A stretch of 64,000 nucleotides of DNA from Polyangiaceae bacterium. GTDB lineage: Bacteria > Myxococcota_A > Polyangia > Polyangiales > Polyangiaceae. The notes beneath the pieces are model-generated. The model did no database searches and had not been told where the DNA came from. It saw only the letters and a list, made by a program, of their open reading frames with translations. Both the position numbers and the translations under genes were made by a program. The stretch lies in NCBI GenBank assembly GCA_033763455.1, contig JANRKO010000006.1, positions 96,001 to 160,000 of the forward strand, in the 5' to 3' direction. This document shows, piece by piece, positions 58,091 through 64,000 of this stretch (its first letter is position 1; every line of letters starts with the position of its first letter).

Positions 58091-59029
58091 TTACCGGATT
58101 TGAAGTAACTCAACGTCGAACACGAGCGTGCCAGCGGGAGCTCCAGGCCGCTGCGGCTTGTCGCCGTACGCCAGGCTGCCGGGGATCCAGAACCGAACTT
58201 TTTCGCCCTCGACCATGAGCTGAACGCCTTCGGTCCAACCCTTGATGACCTGATCCAAGCGGAAGCTTGTCGGGGCGCCGCGGGCGACCGAAGAATCGAA
58301 CATCTTGCCGTCTGTTGTCCAGCCAGAATAGTGGACGGTAACGGTGCTGGTTGCGGTGGGCTTCGTTTTTCCGGTTCCCTTGGTGAGCACCCGGTAGGCG
58401 AGGCCACTTTTGGTCTTAATCGCAGTTTTCGGGGCGGCCGCTACATCTTCGGGTGTTTTGGGAGCGCTCTTGATCTCCAAAAGCTCCACATCGAACACCA
58501 ACATTCCCGCAGGCGCACCGGCGCGGGGAGATTCGCCGTAGGCTAACGCTCCAGGGATCCAGAAGCGTCGCTTCTCGCCTGTGACCATGAGCTGCAAGCC
58601 TTCGGTCCAGCCCTTGATCACGCCTGTAACGCCGAAAGTGGCGGGCTGTCCGCGCTGGACGGAGCTGTCGAACATCTTGCCGTCCGTGGTCCAACCGGTG
58701 TAGTGCACACTCACGCGGTCACTCAGGGTGGGGTGCTCTTTGCCCGTACCTTTTTGCAACACTTTGGTGGCGAGGCCGCTCGCAGTTTTCTGCGCGTCAG
58801 CGGGCGGCTTGGCAACGTCTGCGGGGGCAGGAATGCCAGTTGGCTCCGGCGGTGTGGGCACTGCGGTGACGGCGGGTGCGACAGTGGCGGTGGCAGCGGC
58901 CGTGGCAGCGGCGGTGTTTTCGCTCGGTTCGGTTTTGGTGTTGCTCATGGTGTCAGCGGGTTGCGTGTCGCACGCAGAAAAGGAGAGGAGCAGAAGCGCG
59001 CAAGCAAGGGTGGAGCTTTTAGCCGTCAT
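58091..59029 (-). CDS. Lipoprotein with two tandem FKBP-type PPIase domains
   Basis: Lipobox FSAC; two copies of VHY.GWTTDGKMFDSSV.RG...VIKGWTEG.QLM..GEK.RFWIPG.LAYG...LVFDVELL. Confidence 0.95.
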   Translation of the reverse strand: MTAKSSTLACALLLLSFSACDTQPADTMSNTKTEPSENTAAATAAATATVAPAVTAVPTPPEPTGIPAPADVAKPPADAQKTASGLATKVLQKGTGKEHPTLSDRVSVHYTGWTTDGKMFDSSVQRGQPATFGVTGVIKGWTEGLQLMVTGEKRRFWIPGALAYGESPRAGAPAGMLVFDVELLEIKSAPKTPEDVAAAPKTAIKTKSGLAYRVLTKGTGKTKPTATSTVTVHYSGWTTDGKMFDSSVARGAPTSFRLDQVIKGWTEGVQLMVEGEKVRFWIPGSLAYGDKPQRPGAPAGTLVFDVELLQIR

Positions 59030-59083
59030 GGGCGCCGAGTGTAGTGCTTGCCCTCTAGCGTTTCAATCGGGTGAAGTACGCTA

Positions 59084-59629
59084 TCAATACGCGTATTCGA
59101 TGGTATTGAGGGACTCGACGCGGTCTTTCCATTCGAGCTTGCTGAGCTGTTCCCGCAGGCAACTCTCCAACGTCGCGTTCTTTGGGGTTACCGCGAGGTC
59201 CAGGCCGACGACCTTGCCGTTCCATACAGCGAGGCGGAGCTTGAAGTGTTGAGCTGCAGCCGGCTTGCAGGGAGCGTAAAGATCGGGATTCTGCAAGGGC
59301 GCCGAGAGAACTTCCGGCTCCATATTGAGGCGGGCAACGCCATCGGGCACTGCCCGAGTTGCTTCGTCCACGGACATGCCTGGCTTGAATTCGGGCTGAA
59401 CTCCGACGGGCTTTTCCGCGGTAGGCGGGGCTTCGTCTTCGTCGGCCGCAGGCTTCTCGGTAGGCGGGGCTTTGGCCTTGGGAGCATCGGTGGTTGCTTC
59501 GGTCGCGGGCTCATCCGCAACTTCTTCGGGAGCGTTCGGGGGTGCCGATGGGGCGGCGCCGCAAGCTGACAGGCATAGGCCGGAAACGATGCCGCCGAAG
59601 AACCATAACTTCAATGTGGATGCCCTCAT
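59084..59629 (-). CDS. Hypothetical lipoprotein
   Basis: Lipobox LSAC, acidic/Pro linker, small C-terminal domain with two Cys. Confidence 0.65.
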   Translation of the reverse strand: MRASTLKLWFFGGIVSGLCLSACGAAPSAPPNAPEEVADEPATEATTDAPKAKAPPTEKPAADEDEAPPTAEKPVGVQPEFKPGMSVDEATRAVPDGVARLNMEPEVLSAPLQNPDLYAPCKPAAAQHFKLRLAVWNGKVVGLDLAVTPKNATLESCLREQLSKLEWKDRVESLNTIEYAY

Positions 59630-59747
59630 GGCGCCGAAGGCTAGTCGGGTGTGCGATGGGCGTCGAGGGCCCCGTACCGACAAACCTGAGTGAATTGCCA
59701 CCACGGTGGATCGCCTCACGCGGTTGAGGTAAGAGCCGTCCCCGCAA

Positions 59748-59821
59748 GCGCCCGTAGCTCAGCTGGATAGAGCAGTGGATTTCTAATCCACTGGTCGCAG
59801 GTTCGAATCCTGCCGGGCGTG
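59748..59821 (+). tRNA. tRNA-Arg (anticodon TCT), CCA not encoded
   Basis: Acceptor GCGCCCG/CGGGCGT, D-arm TAGCTCAGCTGGATAGAGC, anticodon arm GTGGA-TTTCTAA-TCCAC, T-arm GCAGG-TTCGAAT-CCTGC. Confidence 0.97.
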
Positions 59822-59837
59822 CTGAGCCGAGCGGTAA

Positions 59838-59898
59838 CTCCCCCCTGACCCCCGCGGAGCGGGGGGATTTGGGGGGAGCGGAGGCCCGGAAGGCCTCC
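59838..59898. terminator. GC-rich double hairpin between the convergent tRNA and extensin-like gene
   Basis: CTCCCCCC..CCCCCGC-GGA-GCGGGGG..GGGGGGAG, then GGAGGCC-CGGAA-GGCCTCC. No U-tract, so the terminator role is uncertain. Confidence 0.4.
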
Positions 59899-59911
59899 GG
59901 AGGGGGGCAGC

Positions 59912-60646
59912 TCATTCGATCTTGGTGCGTTGAGCTTTGCGTTGGATGTCGAAGTGAAAGTGGTTCTTGTGAGCGCGATTGAAATTAGGGGTTAACATGT
60001 GGTGAAAAACGCCCGCTTCGAAAGTGGCGCATGCAATCTCGCGCAGGCGCTTGGCGTTGAATGGGATGCTCGGCGGAGGTTTGTCCGGACAGACGGGGTC
60101 GCCGATCTTCCCTTGCCAATCCTTTTCGACGTTGAGCACACTTCCGTCGCCGAGTTCAAACTCCGTGATGTCCGCTGCGAGCCCATAGGCATGTTGGCTT
60201 TTCTTGCGACTTCCTGGAAGACGGGCTCGCGGGCGATAAAGGTTGTCTACCCGTACGCTCACGACGTCGAAGCGGGTCAACACCTCGCTGAATTGCGCGA
60301 GTGCGAGCACAAACCGACAGTCGAGCAACCCGTAGGGGCTCTTCGCGCCCGCCGTACGGAACCTGACGCTGCCTAGGGGGCCCGTAATGCGCACCGGTAA
60401 CGCGATGCCACTTGCTGCTGTGCGCACCCGCACCACCGAGGCCCCAAAGCGCCCGAGTTCCGCACCACAGGCTTTGGGGCTAAGGCGAGAGAAATGATCC
60501 GCTGAGGATGCCTCGGGCTTAAGGGGTCGAGCCCCTCGGTGGGGCGCACTTGGCGCCGGACGCGTAGGGGGGCGCTTGCGGGCGGCTGCCGCCGGCTCAG
60601 AGGAAAGGAGGAGCAGCAGGAGTGCGAGTCCGCTTTGGGCCTTCAT
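59912..60646 (-). CDS. Extensin-like C-terminal domain protein (M15/LAS-type Zn motif)
   Basis: Signal peptide, SQHAYGLAADI, LTPNFNRAHKNHFHFD. Confidence 0.85.
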   Translation of the reverse strand: MKAQSGLALLLLLLSSEPAAAARKRPPTRPAPSAPHRGARPLKPEASSADHFSRLSPKACGAELGRFGASVVRVRTAASGIALPVRITGPLGSVRFRTAGAKSPYGLLDCRFVLALAQFSEVLTRFDVVSVRVDNLYRPRARLPGSRKKSQHAYGLAADITEFELGDGSVLNVEKDWQGKIGDPVCPDKPPPSIPFNAKRLREIACATFEAGVFHHMLTPNFNRAHKNHFHFDIQRKAQRTKIE

Positions 60647-60825
60647 CTGGGCAGCTTAGTGGAAGATGCGTCGATTTTCGGCCTTTCTGAGCACAACTTG
60701 AAACAAACCTCGGGTTAAGGGGGGTGCTCGTGGAAGGTTTTCGGTCGCTGCCCTTCATTTCGCGTTTGGAGCGAGCGCGGCCAATGCACTATCACTGCAG
60801 AGCTCTGTCCCCACGCTGAGGTTGA

Positions 60826-62316
60826 ATGTTCATCGATGCGCTAAGCTTGCCCGACGGAACCGAACTTGAGGCCGATGTCGTAATTGCAGGTGGGGGAGCA
60901 GCTGGCATTTCGCTGGCCCGCAGGCTTTCGGCGGCCGGGGTTTCGGTAGTGCTGCTGGAAAGTGGGGGGCACGAGTTCGACGCCGCGACCCAAGCGCTTG
61001 CGTTGGGAGAAAATAGCGGGGCCGACTACTGGGCACTCGATACCGCCAGGCTTCGTTATTTTGGAGGTACCACGAATCACTGGACGGGTTGGTGTCGACC
61101 TCTCGACCCTCACGATTTTGAAAAGCGCCCCTGGGTGCAACAGAGTGGCTGGCCTCTTTCACGCGCGGATCTAGATCCCTATTACCGCCAAGCACACGAG
61201 CTGTGTGAACTCGGCGAGTTCAATTACGATCCCAAACATTGGGCCGAAAAAACCAAGACGCAGCTATTGCCTTTGGACGAGACACCTTTGCTGTCCACGC
61301 TGTGGCAGCTCAGCACGCCGACGCGCTTCGGCCCCAAATACCGAGAAAGCCTGCTCAACGCCACGAACGTGCGTGTCGTGTTGCATACGAACGTGGTTGC
61401 CCTCGAAAATGGCCAGGACGAAAAGGTGGTACAGGGCGTGACCGCTCGCACCCTCAGCGGCATTTCTCTGCGTGTAAAAGCGCGCGCTACGGTGCTTGCC
61501 TTGGGTGGGCTCGACAACGCCCGCATGCTTTTGATTGGCAATGGGGGTCGCCCTGGAGGCATCGGTAATGATCATGGTCTCGTGGGTCGCTATTTTGCGG
61601 ATCACCCGCACTCGGCGGTTGGGATCCTTCTATGCAACGCCTCGCAAGAGCAGATGCGTTTGTATCAGGACGTGGTGGATGTGGGCCGCCCGGCGGCGAT
61701 CCAAGCGTCCCTCGGTATCAAGCCGGAGGTGCTCAAAGAGCAGCGCTTGCTCGGGTTCAGTGCTATTTTGCGCCCCGTAACGCACGAGCCGCCATACCCT
61801 GCGGCACAAGCGAAAGCTGTAGCGGCACTCTGGGACGGGCAGAAATCGAAAGACGTGTTTCCGTTGGAGCTATTCATTCGAACGGAGCAGCTCCCTGATG
61901 CGGAAAGCCGGCTTACGCTGAGTTCAAAGAAGGATGCGCTTGGAGTGCCAAAGCTCAAGCTCCATTGGCATCACCACTCGCAAACTCTCGACAGCATCAA
62001 ACGAGGCGTGGAGCTTCTGGCTGGCGCCTTCGGTCAAATCGGCCTTGGGCGCGTGCATAGCTACATTCACGCGGGCATTGAGGTGCCCGGAGCGTGGCCC
62101 GAAATTGCAGGTGGGAACCATCACATAGGCACCACTCGCATGGCCGAGGATCCCAAGCAGGGCGTTGTGGATCCGCATTGCAAAGTATTTGGGATGGAGA
62201 ATCTTTTCGTGGCCGGCAGCTCCGTATACCCCACCACCGGCTACGCCAATCCTACGTTGACGCTCGTCGCTCTGGCCTTAAGGCTAGGGGATCATCTCGC
62301 AAAGACTCTGAGCTAG
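60826..62316 (+). CDS. GMC-family FAD oxidoreductase
   Basis: GGGAAG, LLESGG, GGTTNHW.G, VGRYFADH, HHIGTTRM..DPKQGVVD, ANPTLT. Confidence 0.92.
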   Translation: MFIDALSLPDGTELEADVVIAGGGAAGISLARRLSAAGVSVVLLESGGHEFDAATQALALGENSGADYWALDTARLRYFGGTTNHWTGWCRPLDPHDFEKRPWVQQSGWPLSRADLDPYYRQAHELCELGEFNYDPKHWAEKTKTQLLPLDETPLLSTLWQLSTPTRFGPKYRESLLNATNVRVVLHTNVVALENGQDEKVVQGVTARTLSGISLRVKARATVLALGGLDNARMLLIGNGGRPGGIGNDHGLVGRYFADHPHSAVGILLCNASQEQMRLYQDVVDVGRPAAIQASLGIKPEVLKEQRLLGFSAILRPVTHEPPYPAAQAKAVAALWDGQKSKDVFPLELFIRTEQLPDAESRLTLSSKKDALGVPKLKLHWHHHSQTLDSIKRGVELLAGAFGQIGLGRVHSYIHAGIEVPGAWPEIAGGNHHIGTTRMAEDPKQGVVDPHCKVFGMENLFVAGSSVYPTTGYANPTLTLVALALRLGDHLAKTLS

Positions 62317-62339
62317 CCTGCTAACACTCGTTTTCTTCT

Positions 62340-62801
62340 ATGACTCAACCTCAAGATCCCCAGGCCACACCTGAAGTTCGCCGATCGTTGCGAGTGAGTC
62401 GCCGCGCAGCTGGAATCATGGGCGGTGGCATTATTGTTGTACTGTTTGGCACCGGGGTGGCGATCATGGGTACCGCTTCCTCCAAGCTTCGCCCCTACCG
62501 CAAACTGGGTGCAAGGCTTATGGCGGTATTCGGCAACGGGCCGGCCCTGGCCGCCATCGGGCAAACTCAGCTTCCCGGAGTCTCTCCTCTGCAACAGTGG
62601 GAGGCGCTGCGTGGTCAGTTTGAGAAGGCGGGGAATGTTGAGCGCTGGCTCGACGCACCAGAGGCTGAGTTACCACAAGCCGTGATGAACGCCGCCAAGG
62701 CTGATTTCAAGCAGGGCTCCATCAAGCCGTGCGCAGGGTGGCTGCTCAGCAAAACCGAAGCCTCGCTGTGTGCGAGCGTTGCTCTTACGGTGCAGAGTTA
62801 G
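62340..62801 (+). CDS. Small hypothetical protein, probable partner of the GMC oxidoreductase
   Basis: SRR followed by a hydrophobic segment; C-terminal DF..G.....GWLLSKTEA.LCA. Confidence 0.6.
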   Translation: MTQPQDPQATPEVRRSLRVSRRAAGIMGGGIIVVLFGTGVAIMGTASSKLRPYRKLGARLMAVFGNGPALAAIGQTQLPGVSPLQQWEALRGQFEKAGNVERWLDAPEAELPQAVMNAAKADFKQGSIKPCAGWLLSKTEASLCASVALTVQS

Positions 62802-62805
62802 CTAG

Positions 62806-63525
62806 ATGCAATGTGTAGTGTTAGCTGGCGGCCTTGGGACCAGAATGCGGCCGCTCACCGAAACGGTGCCCAAGGTGCTATTGCCTGTGCTTGGCGTCCC
62901 CTTCCTAGATCATCAGCTGCGCTGGCTGTCGACACACGGGGTCACGGAAGTGGTGCTTTCGGTCGGGTATTTGGGGGAAATGGTGGAAGCGCACCTGGCG
63001 TTCGCAACACCCCCTGGGCTCTCGGTGCGAATTGTCCACGAGGGGCCAACTTTGCTCGGAACCGCCGGGGCGCTGCGCCTGGCTTGTGACCGTGGCTACC
63101 TAGCTGAGGAGTTCCTCCTCACCTACGGAGATTCGTATCTCCCGGTGGATTTTGGCGCTATTGGGCGAGCCTTCCGCGAGTCTGGGCGCGCGGCCCTCAT
63201 GTCCGTATTTAAGAACGATGGGCGTTGGGACACCAGCAACGTGGTGTACGACGCCCAACGGCACTTGGTGACCTTGTACGACAAGAAGCGAGTTCTCCTT
63301 CCTATCTCCGAATTTCGTTATATTGACTACGGGTTATCCGCATTTGCGCGCGAAACTGTGCTACGGGAAATTCCCTCTTCCACCAAGTACGACCTAGCGG
63401 AGGTATTTCAAGGGCTCAGCTTGCGCGGAGAATTGGCGGGTGCCGAGGTTTTTGAGCGGTTCTATGAAGTAGGTTCGCCACAAGGGCTCTCCGATCTCGA
63501 AAAGCACTTAGAAGGTGGAACATGA
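62806..63525 (+). CDS. Sugar-phosphate nucleotidyltransferase (HddC-like)
   Basis: LAGGLGTRM.P.T..VPK.L, LGTAGAL, YGDSY; coupled to a gmhB-like gene. Confidence 0.88.
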   Translation: MQCVVLAGGLGTRMRPLTETVPKVLLPVLGVPFLDHQLRWLSTHGVTEVVLSVGYLGEMVEAHLAFATPPGLSVRIVHEGPTLLGTAGALRLACDRGYLAEEFLLTYGDSYLPVDFGAIGRAFRESGRAALMSVFKNDGRWDTSNVVYDAQRHLVTLYDKKRVLLPISEFRYIDYGLSAFARETVLREIPSSTKYDLAEVFQGLSLRGELAGAEVFERFYEVGSPQGLSDLEKHLEGGT

Positions 63526-64000
63526 AGCGGCGGGGTCTCATCGTTCTCGATCGCGACGGAGTCTTGAACCGTATGGTATGGCGCAGTGCGGCTGAGCCAG
63601 TCGATAGCCCGCTCTTTGCGCAAGAGGTGGAGATCTTGCCGGGTGTGCCGGAGACGTTGCGCAGGCTTATGGATGCAGGCTTCACTCTCAACATTGCGAG
63701 CAATCAGCCCGCTTATGCTAAGGGCAAGGTGTCGTTAGAAGATCTAAAGGCCACCCACGCCCGGGTGATTTCGCTCGTCCAGAGCGCGGGTGCTCGCATC
63801 CAACAATCCTATATTTGCTTTCATCGCGCTGAAGATGGTTGCGATTGTCGCAAACCACGCACAGGACTTCTGGAGGCGGCGCTACGCGGTTTTCCCGAGG
63901 GTTCGCCCTCGACGTCGTGGATGGTTGGGGATCGCGCTGTCGATGTTATTGCCGGGGCTACCCTAGGATTTTCGACAGCCCTTTTGGGGCTTTCGACGGC
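63522..64000 (+). CDS. gmhB: D,D-heptose 1,7-bisphosphate phosphatase (HAD-IIIA), 3'-truncated by the window edge
   Basis: Not in the ORF track; translated by hand from ATG 63522: LDRDGVLN, SNQP, CFH....CDCRKP, WMVGDR..D. Confidence 0.88.
   Translation, partial: MKRRGLIVLDRDGVLNRMVWRSAAEPVDSPLFAQEVEILPGVPETLRRLMDAGFTLNIASNQPAYAKGKVSLEDLKATHARVISLVQSAGARIQQSYICFHRAEDGCDCRKPRTGLLEAALRGFPEGSPSTSWMVGDRAVDVIAGATLGFSTALLGLST

Noticed and set aside
59748..59821. tRNA-Arg as an integration site for an island or prophage
   Set aside because: No integrase, and I found no duplicate of the tRNA 3' end in the window; flanking genes look chromosomal.

Overview
GC-rich chromosomal window from a myxobacterium, probably Polyangiaceae-like. 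The assignment is inferred from gene content: two DUF1592/DUF1588 + DUF1552 gene pairs, MYXO-CTERM-like tails, Gly/Ser-linker lipoproteins, a zinc-ribbon/TPR protein and a TPR outer-membrane protein. The window holds about 45 CDSs, one tRNA-Arg(TCT), a VapBC-type toxin-antitoxin pair, a non-coding 20-bp tandem array and a shattered peptidase-C25-like surface-protein pseudogene with an internally inverted piece. I saw no transposase, integrase, cas gene or rRNA. Most notable: (1) a translationally coupled operon built around a lipoprotein multiheme cytochrome c (7 CxxCH plus 2 non-canonical motifs, fused to a 22-Cys domain), flanked by small beta-barrel-like genes; (2) a 39-bp operator shared by the promoters of a PhyH-family dioxygenase and a DUF1592-DUF1552 operon on either side of an AraC gene; (3) the 20-bp array and rearranged C25 locus; (4) a metal-binding thioredoxin lipoprotein coupled to a His/Cys-rich barrel. 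All family assignments come from motif recognition by eye; no database searches were run.
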